The position numbers were made by a program, and so were the translations under genes. 39,106 nucleotides of DNA from Promethearchaeota archaeon (GTDB lineage Archaea; Asgardarchaeota; Thorarchaeia; Thorarchaeales; Thorarchaeaceae), in the NCBI GenBank assembly GCA_048939765.1, contig JBHLPF010000013.1, forward strand, positions 1-39,106, given 5' to 3'. Numbering within the stretch: position 1 is the stretch's first letter; each line of letters begins with the position of its first letter. A model generated the notes under the pieces. It searched no databases. It was not told where the DNA came from and worked only from the letters and a program-made list of their open reading frames with translations. Of the stretch, positions 27,835 to 36,959 are shown one piece after another.

Positions 27835-29388
27835 TCAGCTGATGTCAGGTGCTGCTTTTGACTGTCCCTGCACTACTAGTTGAAGAGAGGGCTTCCTAGT
27901 CCTAATTGGAAATAGACCTTGCCAAGCGTCCCGATTATTGATACACCCAGGATCTGGTCCGAGATAATCATTGAAGTAGCCCAAAGCTCTTGCACGACAA
28001 CCACCACAGACATTTCTATGCTGGCACGATCCACATGCTCCTTTCAAGAGGTCCTTATTTCGTAAGTCACTTAGAATGTCTGAGTTGACCCAAAGGTCAT
28101 GAAAGTCATCTTCCAGTATATTGCCAATACGTACCTCAGGAATGTGCGGAAAGAAGACGCATGGATAGATGTCTCCATTTGGCTCAATCGCTACATAGAA
28201 CCGGCCAGCGCCGCAACCGCCAATGAACTCCGAGAGCTCCTTCATCTGAAAAGGCAAACGAGCATTGAAAAAGTGAGTGGGGTACACCTGATTATCAGCA
28301 TTGAGGGAGGAGGGAGTACACAAACTACAGGCTGCCTTCCGGGCAAGGCGGCCGAGCTGTGGTGCTGTAGTCAGCACTTCCATGCCTTCAGGGTCTTTTG
28401 ATGAAATCATATCCAGAATTTTCTGGAGCATGTTCTCCCTTTCATCAGGTGTGAGATCTGAATCAAGGATATCTAGTCCTCGACCAGTGGGTACAAAGTT
28501 ATAGACCATGAACCACTTGGCCCTAAGTTTTCTGCCGAGTTCAATGGTGTCGTGGAGCTCGACAAGATTGTGATGTGTGGCAGTCATTGCAATCTCAACG
28601 AAAAGACCCTCTGCCACACAGTTCTTGATTCCCTGAATTGCTCTTTCAAAAGCTCCGGATACACCCCGGAAACTATCATGAGTTTGCGAGTTAGCTCCAT
28701 CAAGGCTAATTTGCACAAACTTCAATCCAGCTCTCTTGAAGCGTTTCACACGCTCGAGTCTTGAGAAGGTATAACCATTGGTTGCCACTGCGACATACAT
28801 TCCTTTTCTTGTCGCGCTCTTGATTAGCTCCAGAATATCTGGCCTTAGAGTAGGCTCGCCACCAGAGAATGCCAGGAACACCACTCCTGCGTCTGCTAGC
28901 TTATCTATACATTCAAGAGCGTCGTTCGTGGACATCTCATCCGCAGTTCTTTCTCCAGCGCTTTCGTAGCAATGTTTACATCTTAGATTGCAAGCTCTGG
29001 TGATATTCCATACAACCTGAAAGGGCGACCCCGGAACAAATGGAGTTCTTGCGCCAAACTTGACCAAACCCGATATTACACTTGATAGCGATTTTCTGAA
29101 TATGGGATTACCAAGGCCAGTTATGATCGAATCCAAGTCGGTGCCGAAGGTATCTGCACCTGCGGAGATAACACGGCGGATAAGCTTTGCTACAAATCTA
29201 CACAAGAAGCACGATTTCAATCTTGTTCCTGCGATTAGTTCAAGTGCAACATTGAGCCGCCGATCACCACATGCTCTGCATCTCTTTGTAACCCGGCCCA
29301 AAATTGGACGGACCAAACGGCTCTTCGAAACTGCGTCCAATACGCCTGCTTTTGTGACTTCTTCATTCACACCTTCCGTCAACGACAC
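27835..29388 (-). CDS. Radical SAM/SPASM protein with N-terminal extension, Gms (GMGT synthase)-like
   Basis: CNLRCKHC, SGGEP, NFVPTGRG, TTAPQ and EFIGGCGAGRFY motifs; SPASM CGSCQHRNVCGGCRARA...DPGC; ~120-aa N-terminal extension containing CRAC...CFLC. Start uncertain. Confidence 0.8.
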   Translation of the reverse strand: MSLTEGVNEEVTKAGVLDAVSKSRLVRPILGRVTKRCRACGDRRLNVALELIAGTRLKSCFLCRFVAKLIRRVISAGADTFGTDLDSIITGLGNPIFRKSLSSVISGLVKFGARTPFVPGSPFQVVWNITRACNLRCKHCYESAGERTADEMSTNDALECIDKLADAGVVFLAFSGGEPTLRPDILELIKSATRKGMYVAVATNGYTFSRLERVKRFKRAGLKFVQISLDGANSQTHDSFRGVSGAFERAIQGIKNCVAEGLFVEIAMTATHHNLVELHDTIELGRKLRAKWFMVYNFVPTGRGLDILDSDLTPDERENMLQKILDMISSKDPEGMEVLTTAPQLGRLARKAACSLCTPSSLNADNQVYPTHFFNARLPFQMKELSEFIGGCGAGRFYVAIEPNGDIYPCVFFPHIPEVRIGNILEDDFHDLWVNSDILSDLRNKDLLKGACGSCQHRNVCGGCRARALGYFNDYLGPDPGCINNRDAWQGLFPIRTRKPSLQLVVQGQSKAAPDIS

Positions 29389-29426
29389 CTACTTGGTTTG
29401 ATATCCAAAGCGGGGGCATTGAGACG

Positions 29427-30020
29427 CTACCTGCTGCCATTGGATTCGAGAATGCCCCCTGTGAAAACATCGAGGAAGTCATCAAAGGCCTTCTCATGGT
29501 CATCAATGAATTCTTCACCAAAGAGGAGTTCCGCCATCCGGCTGAAAGAAATATAGCTCAAGAGAATGAGTGCTGCAGCCTTGGGGTCTATCTTCCGGAC
29601 AGTCCCTTTTCGAATCTGCTCTTCAAAGTACTTTGTCAAGCTTTTCAAGATCTGCTGGGGGACTGAAGACAGTGACTCAGCGACCGAAGGTAGTCTCAGA
29701 CCTTCGGCATACTGCAAAATCATGAGGTCCTGCTCTTTCCTTGTGAACTTGATCAGATTATGGCCAAATGCTCGAAGAGCGTTCTGGACAAACGAGTCTT
29801 TATCCAAATCAAAGATAGGTTCTAGGGATGCGAGTGCGTTTGCTTTTGTATTGGCTATGACCGTTTCCATCAATCTGCCCTTCGTCTTATACTTCCTGAA
29901 CAATGTGACCTCGTTCACACCAGCGTTCTCCGCAATCCTCTTTGTCGTTGCGGCATTGTAGCCATGCTGGACGAAGAGGTTCTTTGCTGCTTCTAGGACT
30001 CTTTCCTCGACTGATTTCAT
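29427..30020 (-). CDS. TetR/AcrR family transcriptional regulator
   Basis: VLEAAKNLFVQHGYNAATTKRIAENAGVNEVTLFRKYKTK helix-turn-helix. Confidence 0.95.
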   Translation of the reverse strand: MKSVEERVLEAAKNLFVQHGYNAATTKRIAENAGVNEVTLFRKYKTKGRLMETVIANTKANALASLEPIFDLDKDSFVQNALRAFGHNLIKFTRKEQDLMILQYAEGLRLPSVAESLSSVPQQILKSLTKYFEEQIRKGTVRKIDPKAAALILLSYISFSRMAELLFGEEFIDDHEKAFDDFLDVFTGGILESNGSR

Positions 30021-30052
30021 TTATGCAAGTAAGTGCTTGCTTGCATAATAAA
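30021..30052 (-). promoter_or_regulatory. TetR operator palindrome and TATA box of the tetR/radical SAM operon
   Basis: TTATGCAAGTAAGT|GCTTGCTTGCATAA (30021-30048, arms match 12/14) abuts the ATG. Minus-strand TTTATTA at 30052-30046. Confidence 0.8.
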
Positions 30053-30215
30053 TGTGTTCCTCAGAGCAATATTGAATCTTGCCGTTCCTTTGATACGAAA
30101 TATAAGACTCAAATGTACAAAAGATAGTTGTTCAACGCTGCTAGTTGATGAAAACTGAAATGCTCGATGGCCCGAAGAGTGGATAGATCCACGAAATTCA
30201 ATATAGATTACAGGG

Positions 30216-30233
30216 TCAAATCACGCTCGGTCC
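30216..30233 (+). repeat. att-like copy of the tRNA-Ala 3' end
   Basis: 17/18 identity to 25691-25708, followed by GTCA where the tRNA has ACCA. Confidence 0.75.
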
Positions 30234-30241
30234 GTCACTTT

Positions 30242-30703
30242 CTAGTATGACCTACGAAGCGGGGAGCCTCCCATGGCCATCTTCCCATCGACCACGATGC
30301 AGTCCCTGCACGTTGCTTGGTTTGCATAGACAATCATGTATCCAACATGAGCAGTCTCTCTTGAGTCTTGATTTGTCGATATTACGAGTCCACAGGAGGT
30401 AGCATACAATCCTGACTCAGATTTTCTCTTCAAGGACTTTCCTGAGTGTATTGATTCGCCAGCCTTTGTGAAAAAGGGAATTCTTTCTTCGACACTTCCA
30501 AGAATCCTCGCACCGCAATAGGTTATAGTGATACCAGCGAGAAATAACGCCATTAGACCCTGGATGTCAGATGTTGTAGGACCAACTTCGCCAGAGTTCC
30601 TGTAGAAGATGGAGACCCCCATTATGGGTATGGAAAACACTAGTATGAATAAACCACTGGTGACCAGTCCTTTGCCAATCAAGCGAAAGAGTCTATCTTT
30701 CAT
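30242..30703 (-). CDS. Hypothetical 2-TM protein with Cys-containing C-terminal domain
   Basis: Two TM segments, then TSCG...TCRDC. Probable ATG at 30703. Confidence 0.6.
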   Translation of the reverse strand: MKDRLFRLIGKGLVTSGLFILVFSIPIMGVSIFYRNSGEVGPTTSDIQGLMALFLAGITITYCGARILGSVEERIPFFTKAGESIHSGKSLKRKSESGLYATSCGLVISTNQDSRETAHVGYMIVYANQATCRDCIVVDGKMAMGGSPLRRSY

Positions 30704-30863
30704 CCAGCTTACTCTTCCGTCCTTATATTGGATGAATAGCAATATCACGTTTTCGCAACATCATGGTCTTTCATCTTGAGTTAGTTGTTGACTCCAATCT
30801 AGGTCAATGAATCCAATGGAGTCATTTCTGCTCCATCTTCCCATAACGGGTTGAAATTCTAAT

Positions 30864-30989
30864 TCAATAGTAATCCTTTCGACCACTATGCTTGCTGCCA
30901 CTATCAAAGGCGGCGGCAACGCCTGCTAGAAAAACCGTTGTGACAATGATTGACAACACCACTAGTATCTCGAGCATCTCAATTCTCAT
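30864..30989 (-). CDS. Putative 41-aa single-TM microprotein
   Basis: MRIEMLEILVVLSIIVTTVFLAGVAAAFDSGSKHSGRKDYY*. TTTATTA (31016-31010) starts 27 nt before the ATG. Confidence 0.5.
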   Translation of the reverse strand: MRIEMLEILVVLSIIVTTVFLAGVAAAFDSGSKHSGRKDYY

Positions 30990-31170
30990 GTTAGTATTCG
31001 AATCTGAACTAATAAACAATCTGTCATTTCTTCAATCATCTGTCATAAAGTAACCCTTAAGAGGGGTGATTCTTGCCTCGGGATTTAATTCACACAGGGA
31101 ACTAGGTTGTTGACTTTCCATCATCTGAAGGAGGATTTAGCGCCTAGGTCAATCAGTGGTGATACACATT

Positions 31171-33537
31171 ATGCAACTATTCGAGACATTCTACGAGATG
31201 GTCTTAATTGAGAAGATCATGATCTTTACGGTTATAGCTGCAGCCATAGCTAGTCTCGTGTATGCCTGGTGGCTCAGGAAAGGCGTATTGAAACTGCCCA
31301 AGGGTACTGAGCAGATGCAGAGGGTGTGGAACGGAATCAGGGAGGGTGCTTTATCCTATCTCCATAGGCAGCTGAGGACTATTCTGCCAATATTGGCCGT
31401 ATTGTCATTCCTTCTATTCTTTACCGTCTATATTACCACACCAGAGCGAGGAACGGAGATTCTATTTGGTCATACTCCAGACCAGGGACGACTTATCGTC
31501 GGAATTGGGAGGGCGTTGGCGTTTGTCTTAGGTGCTAGTTTTTCGCTCATAGTTGGACAGCTTGGGATGAGAATCGCTGTCGAGTCCAACATCCGTGTTG
31601 CACAGGCTACACGCGAAGGTGAAGACCGGTATAATCGTGCCTTGACAATTTCCTATCGTGGTGGCACTTTTACGGGAATGCTGACTGACGGACTAGGTCT
31701 GATGGGAGGTACGATAATATTCATTATCTATGGAATTGCTGCTCCAGATGCGCTCCTCGGATTTGGCCTGGGCGGCACTCTCTTGGCTCTATTCATGAGA
31801 GTCGGAGGAGGAATCTATACAAAGGCCGCTGATGTTGGTGCTGACCTAGTTGGCAAGGTTGAACATGGCCTGCCAGAAGATGACCCGCGGAACGCTGCTG
31901 TTGTTGCAGATTTGGTTGGCGACAATGTGGGCGACTGTGCAGGGATGGCAGCTGACATTTTTGAGTCATATGAAGTCACTATTGTGTCGGCTCTTATTCT
32001 GGCAATTGTGCTATATATTGACAATCCTGGACTCCTTGTCTTTCCATTTGCTGTTGTGGTGTTCCCCCTATTCGTGAGGGCAATTGGAGTTATCTCTTCG
32101 ATGATTGGTACCTTCATGGTTCCAGTCTGGCCAAGGATTCTAAGGAAATCTGCAGTCTACGCAGAGAAGGCAATGTTTCTATCATATGAGGCATCTAGTG
32201 CCTTTACAATTATACTGTCTACAACGCTTTCATGGCTGTATGTTGGAGACTTGAGATTTGGATTGCTCATTGCAGTCGGTGTCATGCTGGCTGTTTCCTT
32301 CAATCCAATCACAAGTTACTTCACTTCACTGAAGAAGCCCCCTGTCCAGGAGATTGTCAAGTCTGCTGAAACTGGCCAGGCAACATTCATTCTCTCAGGT
32401 ATTGTTGCTGGATATGAGTCGACTGTGGCCGCTTTGGTGGTTATTGTTGTTACATTTGGAATTTCAGCTGTGCTTTTCCTTGTTCCAGTTGCAGCTGCAG
32501 TACCGTGGTTCATCGACGGCATACATGGGAATCTCTGGACTCTCTATGGTATTGCTCTAATCGGTATTGGAATGCTCTCCCACACAGGAAACAACGTTGC
32601 AATGGACTCCTATGGCCCGATTAGTGATAATGCAGCTGGAATTGGCGAGCTATCCCCTGGAGACTTCGATGATAATGCAATGAGAACGATGGCTGAACTC
32701 GATGCAGTTGGAAATACGACAAAAGCTATCACGAAGGGTGTTGCTATTGCATCTGCGGTGATTGCAGCAGTCAGCCTCTTTGACAGCTTTGTAGTTGTCG
32801 CGGGAATTGAACATCTTCTTTTGGATAACCCACTGGTGTTCTCTGGTCTTCTTCTAGGTGCTGCACTGCCCTGGCTCTTCTCTGCCTTAAACATCAAGGC
32901 TGTGACTCGGGCTGCAGGACAGATGGTGATGGAAGTGCGCAGACAGTTCAAGATACCTGGAATTCTGGAGGGCACGAAGCAACCCGACTATGATCGTGCG
33001 GTTGGCATATCGACGACTGCAGCACAGAAGGAACTTGTTTCTTTGGTTGCGCTCACAGTATCTATACCAATAATGGTAGGGATACTTCTTGGTGTGAGCG
33101 CCTTAGGAGGCTTCCTCGGCGGAATCATTGTGTCTGGTCAGTTACTTGCTGTGTTCATGTCGAATGCTGGTGGTGCATGGGACAATGCAAAGAAGAGCAT
33201 TGAAGATGAACCGTGCAGCATTGAGAACAACACAGGAAAGGGGTCGGAACGGCACAAATGCGGTGTTGTTGGTGACACCATTGGTGATCCACTCAAGGAC
33301 ACTGCTGGGCCTGCGCTTAATCCAATGATTAAAGTCGTCAATCTACTGGCTTTGATTCTAGCCCCGCTACTAGTCCAATTCGGTTTTGGAGTGGATGCCA
33401 CAACAGATGTGGTTCTAGTGGTAGTGCTGTTTCTGTTGTTCATCATGACTGTCTGGGCAATCCGAAAGAGCACCAAACCTGCTGACTTTGGGATGGACAT
33501 TCAAGTCCTGCATCCAACCATGGTAGCGAATGAGTGA
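31171..33537 (+). CDS. hppA: Membrane-integral pyrophosphatase, predicted K+-independent H+ pump
   Basis: GGGIYTKAADVGADLVGKVE, DNVGD, GNTTKA (Lys at the K+-dependence position), GGAWDNAKK and GDPLKDTAGP. GGTGA SD precedes ATG 31171. Confidence 0.95.
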   Translation: MQLFETFYEMVLIEKIMIFTVIAAAIASLVYAWWLRKGVLKLPKGTEQMQRVWNGIREGALSYLHRQLRTILPILAVLSFLLFFTVYITTPERGTEILFGHTPDQGRLIVGIGRALAFVLGASFSLIVGQLGMRIAVESNIRVAQATREGEDRYNRALTISYRGGTFTGMLTDGLGLMGGTIIFIIYGIAAPDALLGFGLGGTLLALFMRVGGGIYTKAADVGADLVGKVEHGLPEDDPRNAAVVADLVGDNVGDCAGMAADIFESYEVTIVSALILAIVLYIDNPGLLVFPFAVVVFPLFVRAIGVISSMIGTFMVPVWPRILRKSAVYAEKAMFLSYEASSAFTIILSTTLSWLYVGDLRFGLLIAVGVMLAVSFNPITSYFTSLKKPPVQEIVKSAETGQATFILSGIVAGYESTVAALVVIVVTFGISAVLFLVPVAAAVPWFIDGIHGNLWTLYGIALIGIGMLSHTGNNVAMDSYGPISDNAAGIGELSPGDFDDNAMRTMAELDAVGNTTKAITKGVAIASAVIAAVSLFDSFVVVAGIEHLLLDNPLVFSGLLLGAALPWLFSALNIKAVTRAAGQMVMEVRRQFKIPGILEGTKQPDYDRAVGISTTAAQKELVSLVALTVSIPIMVGILLGVSALGGFLGGIIVSGQLLAVFMSNAGGAWDNAKKSIEDEPCSIENNTGKGSERHKCGVVGDTIGDPLKDTAGPALNPMIKVVNLLALILAPLLVQFGFGVDATTDVVLVVVLFLLFIMTVWAIRKSTKPADFGMDIQVLHPTMVANE

Positions 33538-33722
33538 ATCTCTGTCAACAAGAGGGTGGCTTAATTGCCACCTTCCCTTCTGTTTTTCTCCAATGTCTGT
33601 CAAATGGATGTTGCATTCCCCGCGATGGCTTTGCTTAATCGACATGCTTTTCTTCGCAAATGCAATACAATGTAACAAATAGGTTAGAGTCTCATCGAAT
33701 CGAGGTCAGCGAGAGGATATTG

Positions 33723-34871
33723 ATGGAAGAGGAACTGGTTCCTGACACCTGTTTTGAAGGACATGAGTTCACAATTTGGTCTCTTGCCTTCACACCTGAT
33801 GGGAGATACATAATATCAGGCGGACAGGATGCAACAGTCAGGGTATGGGACCTACAATCAGGTAGTCAGGTCCACAGACTCAGCGGACATCGTGGCGCCG
33901 TCTACGGGCTGTCCGTCCTGGCAGATGGAACTAGGGTTGTTTCTGTTGCGGATATGGACCTCGCAGTCCGAATTTGGGACATTGAGGCAGGAGAACCGAT
34001 TAGCGCGCTAGCTCCGAATTCGGCACATGTCAATGCAGTGACATCTTCTCCGGATAATCGATATGTCGTGACTGGCGGAGATGATGGCAAGGCAAGAATC
34101 TGGGACATAGACAGTGGAGTCCTGCTGAGAGTCCTTGACCACGCACGAAGCATATACACAATGACAATTTCCCCCGATGGTCGGCATTTGGTCATTGGCT
34201 CAAAGACCACCGCAGGATCGGTTGAGAAAGGACTCATCTGGGTATGGGACTTTGAGCTAGGAATCCTACTTCACACCCTTGAGAGCCATACAGGCCATGT
34301 CACATCCCTCGCGATGACTGCAGACTCAAGATACATTCTCTCGGGAGGCCAGGACGGCACAGTTCGTCTTTGGGACCTTGAAACCGGCACTCTTCTCTAC
34401 TCTATGGCTGGACACGAAGGGCCCGTGGTGATTGTCGCTGTCACACCAGATGGCCAACACATCATCAGTGGATCAAGCGATAACACCCTCCGTCTTTGGC
34501 AATTGCATGGAGGAGTGTTCATCCATTCAGTGGAACATACTGAGAACGTTCATGCAATTGCCGTGAGTGCCAATGGTAGACATATTGCAACTGGCGATGT
34601 TGAGGGCATCGTTCAGCTTTGGGACTTTCGAATTGGCACAAGCTGGGTTGATGACTCCATTGATAGGGAGGAAGCAAAGGAAGCTGAACTTGCAGCATTC
34701 AGAGAAGTTCAACTCAGAAAAGTGATCAACCGCTATGAGACCTTGCCACTTGAGAGACTGAAGACTCTCCTGCGCTTCGAGGATATGGCTGAACTTGAAG
34801 ACTGGTTATTGGATTTGCCAGAGGAATCACCTGTCAAGATTGATGGAGATCTACTGATAGTCCGCAAGTAG
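33723..34871 (+). CDS. Seven-bladed WD40 repeat protein with C-terminal winged-helix/PCI-like tail
   Basis: Seven GH...WD-type repeats, followed by a ~50-aa domain (RYETLPLERLKTLLRF...KIDGDLL). Confidence 0.88.
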   Translation: MEEELVPDTCFEGHEFTIWSLAFTPDGRYIISGGQDATVRVWDLQSGSQVHRLSGHRGAVYGLSVLADGTRVVSVADMDLAVRIWDIEAGEPISALAPNSAHVNAVTSSPDNRYVVTGGDDGKARIWDIDSGVLLRVLDHARSIYTMTISPDGRHLVIGSKTTAGSVEKGLIWVWDFELGILLHTLESHTGHVTSLAMTADSRYILSGGQDGTVRLWDLETGTLLYSMAGHEGPVVIVAVTPDGQHIISGSSDNTLRLWQLHGGVFIHSVEHTENVHAIAVSANGRHIATGDVEGIVQLWDFRIGTSWVDDSIDREEAKEAELAAFREVQLRKVINRYETLPLERLKTLLRFEDMAELEDWLLDLPEESPVKIDGDLLIVRK

Positions 34872-34989
34872 ACAACTTAGGATTGTACATCATACTACGC
34901 ATACGCCGCGTGAATGCAAAGTCTATTATTCACCATTTTGGAGATTCTCGTCTAATCTCCATTTGGGAAACTCAATGAGAGGGAATAAG

Positions 34990-36699
34990 ATGAAGCCTAA
35001 AGCTATGCATTTGCTTCTTTTGACACTCTTACTCAGCTCTTTCCTTTTGCCAGTGGGAGTTTCAGCCGAAATGGATTCGACTATTGTGGTCATTGAGAAG
35101 GTAGATTACCCGTCAGTAGATCGAACATGGGAGGATATTTCTCTACTCTACGAAGACCAGTTTCATAGCGCTGCCGAGGTCGATGAGGAAATAGAACATT
35201 TCCAATCTCTCGTCCCAGAGCTCGTTGATTTGGAGGTGATTGGCGAGAGCTATCAAGGTCTAAACATCAGCGCTCTTCGCATTACAAATGAACGAAGCAC
35301 TGTTCGGAAAGCAGAGACCCTTGTTGTAGCTCATCATCATGGTCGTGAGCAAATCACAATTGAGATGGCACTGCGATTCATCCTGAGGCTTCTGAATCTC
35401 TATGGAGTGGATGATGCAATAACGGAATATGTAGACACGCAGGAAATCTACATCATCCCAACGATCAACCCGGACACGTTAGAATATGTTCTCAGTGGGA
35501 ATCATTGGCTGCGGAAAAATGTGCATCCTTTTGATGATGATGGTGATGGTGAATCTGATGAGGACCCCTGGGATGATGCCAATGGGGATGGAGTAATCTC
35601 TGGATATGATGTCTACACAAAAACAGGTCCTGGAGGATCCACTGTATATCAATACACATACTACGAGGGTGATGACGATGACGGCGACGGATTGTTCAAC
35701 GAAGATCCAATTGGATATGTCGACCTGAATCGCAATTATCCCAAAGGATGGGGAACAGATGACAAATCATCCCCTGATCCTCTCTCTCAGATCTTTCGAG
35801 GTCCCTCAGCCTTTTCCGAACCTGAAACACAGGTATTTCGTGATTTTGCATTACAGCACAGCTTTACCATGGCTTATTCTCTGCACTCGGGAATCAATGC
35901 CACGTACTTTGCGGCAGATGATTACGGCAGTTGGGTTGAGCCTAGTATCTATTACCAGATCGTGCTGGATTTCAATGAGCTCATGGGGGAGGGCTTCAAT
36001 GATGTTCCAGGATACCCGCGTGTTGAACACAAGGCACCGCATCAGCTTGAACGCTTTGCATACTCGGGATATTGGGAAGACTGGATGTATACTGAGTGCC
36101 GGACAACAGCTCCTATCACTTTCGAGCTCTATCATAATGCTACCGTTGACGGACCTGCGCATCATACCGTCTACGAGGATAATTCTACTCACTACATAGA
36201 GGAATTCACGGGCATCTATGGTTACTTTGCTCCGGTTGAGTCTGCAATAGAGAGTACTTGGCAAGACATGATGCCCGGTTTTGGCTATCTGCTCGAGAAC
36301 ACTCCAATACTTACTGGAGTGAACCCCACAGTGTCAGGTGGCACTGATGAGGGTGATTCGGTGACTGTACGCTTGTCTGTCACTTGCCAGAGCATTCTGT
36401 TCGACGCCACAGACCCAATCTATGGTCTCTTGGAATATGGCGCACCTGTTGCATCAGCTTTCACAATCCTAACAGCAATATTGGACGCCGGGGAGACCAG
36501 GACTCTTTCAACTTCATTTGACTTACCTACAGACTTGAGTTCTCCAGTCCAACTCTATGTCGGGAATAACTTCACAGGCTACATCCACCTTCGACTCTCA
36601 CTTGGCGAAGCACCGCCCTTTGACTGGCTTCCGATTGTAGCAATCGGCAGCGTAGCCGTGGTGGCAATAGTCATCGTGATCGTTTGGAGGAAGCTATGA
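34990..36699 (+). CDS. Secreted, membrane-anchored M14 zinc carboxypeptidase
   Basis: Signal peptide; HHGRE, RKN, VDLNRNY, FSEPET, SLHSG and FELY motifs; DxDGDG insert; C-terminal TM + WRKL. Alternative ATG at 34975. Confidence 0.92.
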   Translation: MKPKAMHLLLLTLLLSSFLLPVGVSAEMDSTIVVIEKVDYPSVDRTWEDISLLYEDQFHSAAEVDEEIEHFQSLVPELVDLEVIGESYQGLNISALRITNERSTVRKAETLVVAHHHGREQITIEMALRFILRLLNLYGVDDAITEYVDTQEIYIIPTINPDTLEYVLSGNHWLRKNVHPFDDDGDGESDEDPWDDANGDGVISGYDVYTKTGPGGSTVYQYTYYEGDDDDGDGLFNEDPIGYVDLNRNYPKGWGTDDKSSPDPLSQIFRGPSAFSEPETQVFRDFALQHSFTMAYSLHSGINATYFAADDYGSWVEPSIYYQIVLDFNELMGEGFNDVPGYPRVEHKAPHQLERFAYSGYWEDWMYTECRTTAPITFELYHNATVDGPAHHTVYEDNSTHYIEEFTGIYGYFAPVESAIESTWQDMMPGFGYLLENTPILTGVNPTVSGGTDEGDSVTVRLSVTCQSILFDATDPIYGLLEYGAPVASAFTILTAILDAGETRTLSTSFDLPTDLSSPVQLYVGNNFTGYIHLRLSLGEAPPFDWLPIVAIGSVAVVAIVIVIVWRKL

Positions 36700-36804
36700 G
36701 AGAACCTCGTCACATAACGGGTCTGCGCCTCACTTTCTACCGGAAATTAACTCTGTAAAATCCAACTATGATTAGATTGCATGAGTAATGTGACCAAGAA
36801 TGAG

Positions 36805-36959
36805 TTAGGGCACCGGTTCAAATCACAAAAGGAAAGTAGGTATTCGCGTGGTTATTCCCCGGGAGCCGGGAAATCCGTATTGGCTTTTGTGAGTTCACCC
36901 CAGTTCAGCCGCTCCCTGGAGGGGAGATTGTTTTTGATGATACTGAACCGGTCCCCTAA
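36805..36959 (-). ncRNA. Candidate structured ncRNA (alternatively a MITE), ~155 nt
   Basis: 15/16 terminal inverted repeat, nested 9-bp stem and two GC-rich hairpins. Minus-strand TTTATTA lies at promoter distance (36988-36982). Confidence 0.5.

Larger units (their letters stand above)
25691..30233. mobile_element. Putative tRNA-Ala-integrated genomic islet (~4.5 kb, no integrase)
   Basis: Direct repeat of the tRNA 3' end: TCAAATCTCGCTCGGTCC (25691-25708) vs TCAAATCACGCTCGGTCC (30216-30233), 17/18 identical. It encloses four genes. Confidence 0.7.

Noticed and set aside
26266-29388. RiPP cluster (SPASM maturase + B12 methyltransferase) or AhbC/D heme synthesis
   Set aside because: No convincing precursor peptide, RRE/PqqD domain, protease or ahb genes nearby. 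The N-terminal extension and motifs fit the Gms-like family better. Not formally excluded.
31050-31170. Riboswitch upstream of hppA
   Set aside because: Only short complementary pairs (CTAGG/CCTAG, TTGAC/GTCAA). No fluoride or other aptamer consensus recognised; an Rfam search would be needed.
36935-36946. C/D box sRNA (TGATGA..CTGA)
   Set aside because: The boxes are only 2 nt apart, leaving no guide region, and lie on the strand lacking a promoter.
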